Of a stretch of DNA of 64,000 nt, positions 29,915-39,240 are shown piece after piece. Origin of the DNA: Gemmatimonadota bacterium (lineage in GTDB: Bacteria > Latescibacterota > UBA2968); the NCBI GenBank assembly GCA_002727195.1, contig PBWH01000023.1:72268-136267 (forward strand). Direction: 5' to 3'. The notes below the pieces were generated by a model, which was not told where the DNA came from, made no database searches, and was given only the letters and a program-made list of their open reading frames with translations. Every line of letters starts with the position of its first letter. Position 1 is the stretch's first letter. A program made the translations under genes and the position numbers.

Positions 29915-30113
29915 ATAGCATTGGAGAACGAGGCGCCGCTATCTGCGGCCAGAACACACGTGCGTATGCCCTCGGCGCGCCACCGTCAGAACTTGGCGTC
30001 GACGAGAACGTGCTGGGTGAGTTCGTCTTTCCTGGTTTGGGCCATACCAAGACTAGCCATAGCAAGGAGCCAGACGAAGAGGAAGAGTGATTTCAAATTC
30101 GAGCCATCGAAAG

Positions 30114-31520
30114 TTAGTGATTCGCCTTCCATTGCTTTGTCAGAACGTCGTCAGCGGATTCGTCCTTCGAGGTGATTCGCGTCGTCGCCCCGCCATTCTC
30201 GAGCTCGATATCCATATTTTTCGGATTCGATTCCCACGCGCCTGCCGTGAAGTCGGGAATGTCGATCGAGTTCGAACGGTTGAGCACCGACCACTGACTG
30301 AGCGGGACGATCGCGCTCCAACTGGCGGCGTCGTAGACGTCCTGATCGAGGGGCAGTCCGTTCCTGAGGCAGTCGATCAGGTGCCAGTCCATTAGCAGGT
30401 CCGATCCACCGTGACCGCTGCTTTTCGTGAGGTCGCCCATTTTCCGGAAGATCTCGGGCGTATACCGTTCCTCGATCTCTGCGAACTCATCTGCATCCAC
30501 CCACTTATGATCGCCGTTCGCGATGCGCGGTGGGGCCGGATCGTATAGCGCGGCACCCTTCGTGCCGTAAACGCCGTGGATCATGTTGTGCGGCGACGGG
30601 GTGGTCGCATCGTGTTGGAGCACAATGGTGCGGCCTTCGACGGTCCGTAATACCGTCGTGTTCATGTTGCCACGATACTCGAGGCCGGCGAACTCCGCGA
30701 AATGCGAATCCTGTTCGGCCAGCCCGTTCGCTCTCTTCGCCATCAGGAAGTCGTTACTCTCGACAGAGACGAGGTAGTCCAGACGATCACCCCGGTTGAT
30801 GTCCATGCACTGGCAGATCGGGCCGATGCCGTGGGTCGGGTAAATGTTGCCTCGCCGGTTTGCATACTGACGCAGCCACCACATGTCCGAGTACATCGTC
30901 TTGCCGAAGTTGTTCTTCATCTTGCTCGTGTTGTAGGCGCCATCGCCGTGCACGACCTCTCCGAAGAAGCCTTTCCTGGCCATGTTGATCATCCTTAGCT
31001 GGAAGGGCATGTAGGAGTAGTTCTCGAGCATCATCAGATGACGCTGAGTTGCTTCAGCCGTCTGCACGATCTCCCAACACTCTTCCATAGTCCCCGCGGC
31101 TGGTACCTCCGTGGCGACGTGCTTTCCCTGCGTCATCGCGTAAATGGACATCGGTGCGTGCATGAAGAACGGGGTCGTCACGACGACCAGATCGATGTCG
31201 TCCTGCTCGCACAGTTTCTTCCACTCTCCATCGGAGTAGAGCACGGGGTCGTGGTCGGTGTTCTCGAGGTAGTTGAGCGTCTCGTCGATCTTTGCGGGGT
31301 TCTTGTCGCAGAGGCCCCGAATCTCGACGTTCTCGATCTGGATCAGAGTTCGGAGATGGCTGGGTCCGCGATTACCCATCCCGATAATGCCGACCCGTAC
31401 GGTGTCGATTTTGGGCGCCCTGAAGCCCGCCATGTTGTGATGCTGCTCGTGCGACTGCGCGTAGCTCGCGTTGATCTCGTTCAGGTCGGGCTGCTCGATC
31501 TCGTTCTTTGTTCCTGTCAT
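30114..31520 (-). CDS. Gfo/Idh/MocA-family NAD-dependent oxidoreductase, GH109-like
   Basis: 468-aa ORF. The Rossmann motif is VRVGIIGMGNRG. Length and C-terminal region resemble the GH109 (NAD-dependent glycosidase) / Gfo-Idh-MocA group. No Tat or Sec signal seen. Stop is TAA. Confidence 0.75.
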   Translation of the reverse strand: MTGTKNEIEQPDLNEINASYAQSHEQHHNMAGFRAPKIDTVRVGIIGMGNRGPSHLRTLIQIENVEIRGLCDKNPAKIDETLNYLENTDHDPVLYSDGEWKKLCEQDDIDLVVVTTPFFMHAPMSIYAMTQGKHVATEVPAAGTMEECWEIVQTAEATQRHLMMLENYSYMPFQLRMINMARKGFFGEVVHGDGAYNTSKMKNNFGKTMYSDMWWLRQYANRRGNIYPTHGIGPICQCMDINRGDRLDYLVSVESNDFLMAKRANGLAEQDSHFAEFAGLEYRGNMNTTVLRTVEGRTIVLQHDATTPSPHNMIHGVYGTKGAALYDPAPPRIANGDHKWVDADEFAEIEERYTPEIFRKMGDLTKSSGHGGSDLLMDWHLIDCLRNGLPLDQDVYDAASWSAIVPLSQWSVLNRSNSIDIPDFTAGAWESNPKNMDIELENGGATTRITSKDESADDVLTKQWKANH

Positions 31521-31548
31521 GTAGGCTGCCTCGTTCTGATAATCCGGT

Positions 31549-32481
31549 TCAAGCGCTGAGGGTGGTGATCAAGTATTCTGTCGGTGTCTGGTGTTCGACG
31601 CCCGGAGCACCCGGATACACCAGCGCACATTCGACACCGAGTTCCATACACCGTTCCTGGAGCTTCACCCCGAAGTTGGCCGTGTGGGTCGGGTCCTTCT
31701 GGTCCTGGCCGATCGCCGGCGGCGCACCGTAGAACAGACACACGGGAGGCGCGGTCCCGTCGACCAGCGCATAGGGTGAGTATTCGCAGATCCAGGGCAG
31801 GATCTCATCGCGGTCTTCCAGATACTGCTTGAAGTCAACCTTTCCGAACGCGTGCGCACCATACCGGCTGTTCGGTGTCCATTCCTTCATCTGCGCAGGA
31901 TCGAGTGTCGTCTGGGGACCCCTGACGGCAGCGCACCGCAGTCGCGTTGACTCTCGAGCAACCGGGTCGTCGCTCGTAGGATCCGCAAGGTCGCTGTGGT
32001 AGGCCAGCCAGAGAGACGAAGAGGCGCCCGCCGAACCACCGGCGGCGCCGATGTGTGCTTTGTCGATGTTCCATTCCTTCGCCTTACTGCGGACGAACTG
32101 CAACGCCCGGGCGGCATCGTGCAGCGGTGCCTTGACCGGGGGCACGACATCCTGAGCGTGGCTCATAAGGCGATAGTTGATGGCCACGACCGAGATTTCC
32201 GCATCGAGCAGCAGGTTCGCGTCGGCGAAACGGCTCATCCGTTCCTTGCTTCCGCCGCTCCATCCGCCACCGTGAATGACGAACACCAACGGAGTGGGAT
32301 TTGGCGACGATGTCTGCCAGAAGTCCAGAATGTGACGGTGGTGGTCACCATAGCGAACGGCTGACAGCGTTGGTTCAGGGACATCGCCTTCGTATGGGAT
32401 TGGTTCTTCCTCTTGTGGCACAGGCTGTTCTTTCAGTGTTGGATTGACTGGTCGGGGAGACCGGTGGATTACTCTTCTCAT
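31549..32481 (-). CDS. alpha/beta-hydrolase fold esterase/lipase (Abhydrolase_3 / BD-FAE-like)
   Basis: ORF 31549..32721. The core is LVFVIHGGGWSGG (HGGG oxyanion motif) and IGAAGGSAGASS (GxSxG). I chose ATG 32481 as the start because the upstream 80 codons are Arg-rich and overlap repeat copy B. The start is uncertain. Confidence 0.7.
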   Translation of the reverse strand: MRRVIHRSPRPVNPTLKEQPVPQEEEPIPYEGDVPEPTLSAVRYGDHHRHILDFWQTSSPNPTPLVFVIHGGGWSGGSKERMSRFADANLLLDAEISVVAINYRLMSHAQDVVPPVKAPLHDAARALQFVRSKAKEWNIDKAHIGAAGGSAGASSSLWLAYHSDLADPTSDDPVARESTRLRCAAVRGPQTTLDPAQMKEWTPNSRYGAHAFGKVDFKQYLEDRDEILPWICEYSPYALVDGTAPPVCLFYGAPPAIGQDQKDPTHTANFGVKLQERCMELGVECALVYPGAPGVEHQTPTEYLITTLSA

Positions 32482-32541
32482 TTGGCGCCGGGTGTGACGA
32501 GAACAGCGAGCGTTGGCGTGTCGCGGCGCCTGGCGCCTGGT

Positions 32542-32672
32542 TCGCTTCTGTACCAGGGGCTTCCGTCCCTGGATAACGATCTGTCCCCCCCCATTCGGGG
32601 CTATAACTCGGTTTTCCCTTGGCGTTTCTCGGTGGGCTCCTGACCCGCCGTAGCTCGAAGAGCGAAGGGGGT
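32542..32672 (-). repeat. structured non-coding dispersed element, copy B (inverted relative to copy A; hairpin CCAGGGAC-GGAA-GCCCCTGG)
   Basis: The reverse complement reads CCCCCTTCGCTCTTCGAGCTACGGCGGGTCAGG...GGAAAACCGAGTTATAGCCCCGAATGG...TCGTTATCCAGGGACGGAAGCCCCTGGTACAGAAGCGA. It is collinear with copy A. The T-A stem pair in A becomes A-T in B, a compensatory change. Confidence 0.6.
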
Positions 32673-32724
32673 TGCCGGTTGCATGATTTGCTGCAGCGAG
32701 GCCAGATCGCCCGGACCTCAAGAC

Positions 32725-34086
32725 CTATCGGGAGTAGGGCACTTCGCCGGTCTTGTTAACCTCGTATCCCCATTTCTCCAGGTAATACTCCTTTTCCCTG
32801 AAAGGATCATCAATCCGATCGAGCTCGTTGGCCAGCGCCTGCTCGAGGCCAGACTTGATCTGTGCTGTCTCGGGGCTACCCGCCAGATTGGTCAGCTGAT
32901 AGGGATCATCCACGTCGTCGAACAGATAGATGTCGTCATCTGCGGTCTTCACGAAGGTATGGCGTTGGGTGCGGAGGGCTCGATACGCAGGGTCCGTGTG
33001 GTTCTTCCCGCTGAACGGTGAAACGCTCATGTAGAGAGCCAAGTGATCTTCCAGTTCGATTCCCTGCCGAATACAGGCTGATAGGTCGGACCCTTCGACC
33101 GGTTTGGGAATGTCGAGACCACACAGGCTGAGCAGTGTTGGCATAATATCCACCGTACCCAGAGGCGTCGAAACCTTGCGTCCCTTCTGGTTGGCGGTCA
33201 GTGGTGGATAGCGCAACAGGTAGGGCACCCGACAGGATTCATCCCAGAAGATCTGCTTCTTGAACGGGGTGTGGCCGTGCGATCCCATCATTTCGCCGTG
33301 GTCCGAGGCAAAGATAAGAATCGTGTTTTCCTCGAGACCGGTGTCCTTCAACACGTCCACGACCTGCTGTATACAGCCATCGAGGGCGGCGATGTGCGCG
33401 TAGTATCCGGCCGCTTCCTTCCTGGCGAACGCCTCGGCTTCGGGATCGTCGAACACGGCATTCGGCGAGAACTTCACATCTTCAGGCTTGAACCGGTTCT
33501 GGAAATCCTCCGGCGCGTTGTTGTGCGGGAAGTGGGGCGGTCCGAGGGAAAGTATCAGGAAGAACGAGTTCTCGCGATCCCGGCGGATGTACTCACACGC
33601 ATCGTCCGTTTGGGAGAAGGCGTCGTAGCCCGGCCAGACCTTCAATGTCGGATCATTACCGTCGTAGTATTCCGAATTCTGGTAGTCGTGCGTGCACTCA
33701 AGGACTTTCCAGTAATCGAAGCCCTGGCGGCGTTCGGGTGGGATGTAGCTGGCTCTGCCGTAACCGTCCACGTGCCATTTACCGATGTAGGCGGTGTCGT
33801 AACCACCGGCCTTGAACGCTTTGCCGATGCTTTGCTCGTCGGGAGAGAGCGGGATGTCATTCATGAACATCCCCGTGGTGGTCGGGAAACGGCCGGTGAG
33901 CAGTGCGGCGCGCGCAGGCGTGCAGACCGGGGACGTGCCGATCGCGTTGGTGAAGTCCAGCGACTCGGCAGCCAGCCTGTCGATGTTCGGCGTGACCGCA
34001 TTAGGATCGCCGTTGTACCCGGTGGCTTTAGCCCGCCATTGATCGGTGAGGATGTAGACGACGTTTGGTTTCTCTGCCACAGTCAT
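32725..34086 (-). CDS. formylglycine-type sulfatase (type I), leaderless
   Basis: ORF 32725..34176; the likely start is ATG 34086 (MTVAEKPNVVYILTDQW). The active site is SPVCTPARAALLTGR. GKWHV and ...IFASDHGE... are present. Stop is TAG. Confidence 0.85.
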   Translation of the reverse strand: MTVAEKPNVVYILTDQWRAKATGYNGDPNAVTPNIDRLAAESLDFTNAIGTSPVCTPARAALLTGRFPTTTGMFMNDIPLSPDEQSIGKAFKAGGYDTAYIGKWHVDGYGRASYIPPERRQGFDYWKVLECTHDYQNSEYYDGNDPTLKVWPGYDAFSQTDDACEYIRRDRENSFFLILSLGPPHFPHNNAPEDFQNRFKPEDVKFSPNAVFDDPEAEAFARKEAAGYYAHIAALDGCIQQVVDVLKDTGLEENTILIFASDHGEMMGSHGHTPFKKQIFWDESCRVPYLLRYPPLTANQKGRKVSTPLGTVDIMPTLLSLCGLDIPKPVEGSDLSACIRQGIELEDHLALYMSVSPFSGKNHTDPAYRALRTQRHTFVKTADDDIYLFDDVDDPYQLTNLAGSPETAQIKSGLEQALANELDRIDDPFREKEYYLEKWGYEVNKTGEVPYSR

Positions 34087-34117
34087 ATCTCCGGTATTCA
34101 AGTGAAACACAGTTCTC

Positions 34118-36670
34118 CTAGGCGCTCGTGAAATCCAGCTGGAGCTTCTCGTCTCCGTATTCGATCCGAACCACACCGCTCTTGTATTCAGATGTCAGGA
34201 AGGGACTGTCAAAGGTCATGGGGTAGCTGTAGTCGACGGGATCACCACCGATCGTGGGGATTTCGGACACACCTGTATTGAAGGTGATCTCCTTCGCCCC
34301 TTCGGCGGCGCCCGTGTAGACGAGGATGTGATCGCCGGGTACAACCGTCTTGTAGAGCGCGACGGCATTGGCAAGCACCGCAGTCTTGAACGCATTCAGG
34401 TTCGAGTAGTCCGCGGCTCTACCCGCTTCGATGATGACGGGCGAATGCTTGTCCTCCAGACACATGATGGTGCCGTCCTCGGACCACGTGTAGCAATCCT
34501 CCCTCAGCTTGACCGTGGGCGCGTCCTCAGGGGCATTGAAGTAGACCTGATTGCCCTCCGTCTTCTGTTTGTGCTCCCGTTCGTGGTCTTCATCCCAGAG
34601 CACTGGCCGTATGGCGCCGTATGCGTTGCCTCGCTTAACAAAGAACCATCCTGCTTCCTCCTCACGGCGGTCCCAGTCGTTCCCGATCCAGATGCCGATG
34701 GGCTGATCGTAGTCCGCGTTCGTGGGGAACCATTCCGGATGTACGGCATACCAGCGACGAGATTGCTGCAGGATCAGCGTGCGCTCGTGGTGCACGGTCT
34801 GATACATCGCTTCCAGCTCGTAGGGATTCGTCTGGCCCTTCTTGTTCGGGCCCTCCGGGAGGCTGACGGGCACAATACGGGAATCCGGCGACTGTGAGAA
34901 CGTCATGCCGAGCCAGCGACCCGAAATACTGAGATGCGAATGCACGGCAGATGGATGATCCATCTGCGTTCCCAGCGTGTAGTCCGGCGTCACGTAGGTG
35001 CTCTTCAGAAACCGGGCATCCGTGTCTACGACGAGTGAACGCTCTCTTCCGAGTGGACGCGGCAGCTCGTTCTCTTCTTCGCCGATCCCTCGTGAGCGGT
35101 AGGTGTAGCGTCCCATCCCTTCGCGGTCGAGCGCCATCTTCCAGACCACAGGTGGCAGCTTGTAGTCGTTGATCAGGTTCCAGTACCACCATACCCCGGC
35201 GTTCGCTGGGCCACCAAGGTGGAAGTCGATCAAACCCGCACCATCGTTTCGGTATACAGTGTGATGATGTCTCGTCTTGGGGCCTCCGCGTACTCCTGAG
35301 ATGGAAACCTGCGCCCACTCTGCCCAGAAGAGGGTGAGGAAGTCGCCGACCAGACGTCTCAACTCGATGTCTCCTCCGTACTGATAGACGAGGTCGACCA
35401 TGTTGAGCGTGTGTTTGGTGTAGCCGGGAGAGGCGCATTCGACGAAGAATCCCCGTTCCGCTCGCTCGCGGAAGTAGGTCTTCATGTAATCCAGCCACGC
35501 CTCGTAGTGATCGCTTGCGTTGTATTCCAACCCGTCCGCCAGGTTGGCACGCCCGCCGCCGTGGCGCGACGTTGGATCGACGTCGGGACCGTAATAGCCG
35601 GCGTGTCCATAGTGGTAGCTGCCGCCGAACCCGTAGTCCGGATAGATGCGGTCCTGGTAGTCTGGCTCATCCATGAAGATGCGGGAAGAGACGAGGTTAC
35701 AGGCCTTGGCGTTGAGGTCGTGGTTCTCGCTGCCGTCGAGCCACCAGGTGCTCTGACGGGAAAGGGCGATGTCGTTCTTGACCTTTGTGCGATCCCAAAG
35801 CGTCTCGAGGAGCAGCGCTTCCGTGTCGGGGGTCATGCGACCGGGATGCTTCCCACAGCGATTGGAGAAGTGGTAGTAGAAGCGGCAATAAAGCGGGGTG
35901 TGCAGCAGGCTCCACACGTTGCTGTCGGAGCTCTTTCGGAGTTCCTCGACGATAATCCTGTTCGCCGTGTCCAAATCTTCGTCGAGCATCATCCGAGCAA
36001 ACGCGCCCACAATGATGCTCGGCTCAGACCCCTCGTCAGCGGCGGCCTGACGAAAAGCGGTCGCGATACGAACGCAACGATTCTTCTCCGCTTCGTTGAT
36101 ACGTTGGGTAAGCGGTTTGTCGGTGACACCGATGACGGTCTCATCATCCTCGAAGCGAATATCGTCGAGATGGATGACGGCGCTTTCGCTGAATGTCGCG
36201 GCGAACTCGAGCATCGCCGTCCGGGACCAGTCAAACGTTGTCGGCGCGTCGAGCGTTTCGAGAGACAGTTCGAGCTGCTGCCATACCTCCGATGCGGTCA
36301 CCGATAGCACTCCGGTGGCGGGTTGTCGGTCGTGGTCGACCAGCCTGACTTCCCACGTGTGATTCGCGTCGTCCTCAACTTTCACCCAGAGGCGGAGGAT
36401 CGCGTCAGCCTACAGACGCCAACGCCCATCCCAGAGCCCGGCCACAAAGCCAAAGCGTTTCGGCATACCGGCGTCAGCCGGCGTATAGACCAGGCTCAAG
36501 TCTCCGACCATTCGGTCGGCGTAGTCTAGGGCGACGTAAGCTGGCTCGTAGCTAGGTTTCCTCCGCTCGTCCAGCGAGGCATCTACATACTGACCTTCGT
36601 GGGCGACGCCGAAGAGACGAATCTCTTCGGCCCAGAAGTCGAGCGGTTTGTCGTTTGTGTGATCCGGCAT
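34118..36670 (-). pseudogene. CBM/CIA30-like N-domain + (alpha/alpha)-toroid + beta-sandwich protein (polysaccharide-lyase-like, family unknown); one in-frame TAG
   Basis: ORFs 36410..36670 and 34118..36385 are in the same frame and separated only by TAG at 36410-36412 (...GLWDGRWRL-TAG-ADAILRLWVKVEDDANHTWEV...). The stop lies inside the N-terminal beta-sandwich domain, which ends ...AVIHLDDIRFED. The downstream WWLDGSENHDLNAK suggests an Asn-His lyase-type centre. 850 codons in total, leaderless. Confidence 0.6.
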
Positions 36671-36697
36671 CTCTGTGTCTATAGAATTGTTGGCGGG

Positions 36698-38254
36698 CTA
36701 CTCAGGCCAGTCATCGAAGTCCTTCGATGGTCTCTCGCTGACAACATTCGGATATTCGAGGTGCATGTCCGCGTCGACGAGGCGTCCGTCACCGAGGAGG
36801 ATCTGGTTGGCTGTCTTCGGAGATACTGTCGCCGGGTAGGCCTGTGTGTAGGTCTGCCGCTGCTGATTCAGGTTCTCCAGGACACGATCGTAGTCGAAGC
36901 CGTCCTGGAGCGAAGACCTCAATCGCGCGACTTCCGAGGGGACGGATGAACCTTCCTTCAAGAGGTTGGTTTGCTCGTCGGGGTCATCGATCAGGTCGAA
37001 GGCAAGATCGTCACAGTCTCTGAAGGTGACCACCTTGTACCGCTCTGACCGGATCGATCGATACTCGGTTCCCGGTCCCGCGAATCCTGCCAGGTTCTCG
37101 GTGATGGCGCCATACCGATCGTCGAGTTCTGTTGATCGGCCTCCTGTGGCGACAGCAGACAGGTCGACGCCCTTCAGGCCCTCCGGTGGGGATACGTTGA
37201 CGAAGCCACAGAATGTTGGGAATAGATCACCGAGATCCACGGGGGTCGTCACTTCGGACGCGCTTAGTGATCCGGATCGGTGTTCAGGGGTGGATATGAT
37301 GAAGGGAACGCGTATCGACGCTTCGTGCCAGCTCCGCTTGAACCAGAGGCCGTGCTCGCCGGCCAGCTCGCCGTGGTCGGACGTGTATACGATGATCGTG
37401 TTGTCGAGGAATCCGTCCCGGTCCAGGATGGCGAGATAGTCGCCCAGAATTTCATCAAATTGATCGACACAGGCGAAGTAGGCGGCGCGGGCCTTCATCG
37501 TCTGTTCCTCGGTCACCGTTTCCAGGTAGATGCCTTGAGATTCTCCGGATTCCGATCGGAGTGCACCGAGGGTGAGCGGATGATCTACTGTGTCTCCCGT
37601 CCGGCCGATCCTGGGTGGGGTGACGTGATCCGGGTAGTAGCGGTCGAAGAAGCGACGAGCGGCGTTCATCGGGAAGTGTGGATGGGCGAACGAGTTCATC
37701 AGGAACCACGGCTGATCCGGATCCAGATGTCTATGCTCACGCAACCAGGCTATGGCTTCACGTGTAACAATCTGCTCCTGCATCAGGGACTCGGGGATGT
37801 CGCTGACCCCCGGGTCCCTCAGGACGGACGGCATGAAGATGTGATCTCTCGGTCGTTCGAGGTTCAGCGGATCCTTCTGGTGCGCAGGAGAAGGTGCCGT
37901 GAAATCGCCGTATGGGCGATGTTGGAAACCAGCCATCTGGCGGGATCCGATCAGGTGCATCTTGCCGGCCGTTGCGGTCGCGTATCCGTGCTCGCCCAGA
38001 TGAGACGCGATCGTGGGGACGTCCGGGGCGAGGACGGCACATTCAGAAGACGGTCGGCCGGAGAGCATGGCCACACGGCTGGGGACACACAGCGGATACT
38101 GGCAGTAGGCGGTTTCGAAGTGAGCACCCCGTTCGATCAGACTGTCGAGGGTTGGTGTGTGGCAAGGCTCACCGCCACGCTCGGATGGCCGCGCGGAGAG
38201 GAACCGATAACTGTGTTCGTCACTCAAAAGGAAGAGAATATTCGGCCTACTCAT
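36698..38254 (-). CDS. formylglycine-type sulfatase (choline-sulfatase-like subgroup), leaderless
   Basis: 518-aa ORF. MSRPNILFLLSDEHS... with active site YPLCVPSRVAMLSGR. ...IVYTSDHGE... is present. Stop is TAG. The start of the downstream SDR gene overlaps its 3' end (see next feature). Confidence 0.85.
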   Translation of the reverse strand: MSRPNILFLLSDEHSYRFLSARPSERGGEPCHTPTLDSLIERGAHFETAYCQYPLCVPSRVAMLSGRPSSECAVLAPDVPTIASHLGEHGYATATAGKMHLIGSRQMAGFQHRPYGDFTAPSPAHQKDPLNLERPRDHIFMPSVLRDPGVSDIPESLMQEQIVTREAIAWLREHRHLDPDQPWFLMNSFAHPHFPMNAARRFFDRYYPDHVTPPRIGRTGDTVDHPLTLGALRSESGESQGIYLETVTEEQTMKARAAYFACVDQFDEILGDYLAILDRDGFLDNTIIVYTSDHGELAGEHGLWFKRSWHEASIRVPFIISTPEHRSGSLSASEVTTPVDLGDLFPTFCGFVNVSPPEGLKGVDLSAVATGGRSTELDDRYGAITENLAGFAGPGTEYRSIRSERYKVVTFRDCDDLAFDLIDDPDEQTNLLKEGSSVPSEVARLRSSLQDGFDYDRVLENLNQQRQTYTQAYPATVSPKTANQILLGDGRLVDADMHLEYPNVVSERPSKDFDDWPE

Positions 38255-39198
38255 CGTCGATCTCCAGTGCCGAACCCGCCGTCGAAGAAGGTCTTGAGGT
38301 TCGGGTTCTCCTGGATGTAGTTCTTCAGTTCAAGGACGATGTTCTCTTGCAGCTGGATGCTGAGGCCGCCGTCGACCGGGAGGACGACCCCCGTGATGAA
38401 GGCGGCTTCTTCGGAACACAGGAAGGCGACGGCGTTTCCGATGTCGTCAGGTGTGCCCGTGCGCCGGACGGGATACTGAAGCTCTTCCAGATGGAACCCT
38501 TCTTCGTTCCCGACTTCAGCCCACAGCTTCTCCAGGTTTTCCGTGACCATATGCCCGGGGGCGATCGCGTTCACGGTGATCCCCAGCGGTCCAAAGTCGA
38601 TGGCCATCTGGCGGGTCAGGCCGTTGACGGCGGCTTTTCCGGTCTCGTAGACCATGGTGTTCGCCGCCTGGAGCAGCCCGTGGACGGAGGATATGTTGAC
38701 GATCCGGCCGATTTCTCTGGGCGGCGGGTCACCGTGCCGGATCCCTTTGCCCGTCCACGGACCCGGGTCGTATTCGTCGGGTGACCCTGAGGCCCGCATC
38801 GCGGGCACGGCATACTTGGCTCCAAGGAAGTGCGCCATCACCAGCAGGTTCATCCCCTTGTGCCAGCTGTCGACGGTGGTCTCGAGCGCGCTGCCGTCCT
38901 GTAGCCCGATGACCCCGTAGGCGTTCTGAACCAGGATGTCCAACCGGCCGAACTCGTCGACGCCTCGATCCACCATGGCCTTCGCTACATCCTCCGTGGA
39001 GACATCCCCGACCATCGCCGATGCGAGCCCTCCCTTGTCGCGGATGGAAGCGGCTCGTGTGTTCGCTCCTGCATCGTCGATGTCCACGATCAGGACGCTG
39101 GCGCCTTCTGCTGCCAGCTTGTCTGCGATGCCACCCCCGATTCCTGTGGCGCCGCCCGTCACGATGGCCACCTTCCCGTTCAATCTTCCGTCGGCCAC
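38251..39198 (-). CDS. short-chain dehydrogenase/reductase (SDR) family oxidoreductase
   Basis: 315-aa ORF. The motif is KVAIVTGGATGIGGG (TGxxxGxG). It has a classical SDR core with an insertion. Its ATG overlaps the sulfatase stop as ATGA (38251-38254). Confidence 0.8.
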   Translation of the reverse strand: MADGRLNGKVAIVTGGATGIGGGIADKLAAEGASVLIVDIDDAGANTRAASIRDKGGLASAMVGDVSTEDVAKAMVDRGVDEFGRLDILVQNAYGVIGLQDGSALETTVDSWHKGMNLLVMAHFLGAKYAVPAMRASGSPDEYDPGPWTGKGIRHGDPPPREIGRIVNISSVHGLLQAANTMVYETGKAAVNGLTRQMAIDFGPLGITVNAIAPGHMVTENLEKLWAEVGNEEGFHLEELQYPVRRTGTPDDIGNAVAFLCSEEAAFITGVVLPVDGGLSIQLQENIVLELKNYIQENPNLKTFFDGGFGTGDRR

Positions 39199-39240
39199 TC
39201 TGGCCCTCCTTGTCTCGGATTCATCCGTTCCCCGGTCATT

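Noticed and set aside
29986-30096. Small minus-strand ORF with a signal-peptide-like start (KSLFLFVWLLAMASLGMAQTRKDE...), 36 codons ending in TGA
   Set aside because: It is too short and has no recognisable mature domain. It is probably the leftover 5' end of a lost secreted-protein gene, in the same gap as repeat copy A. Not reported as a feature.
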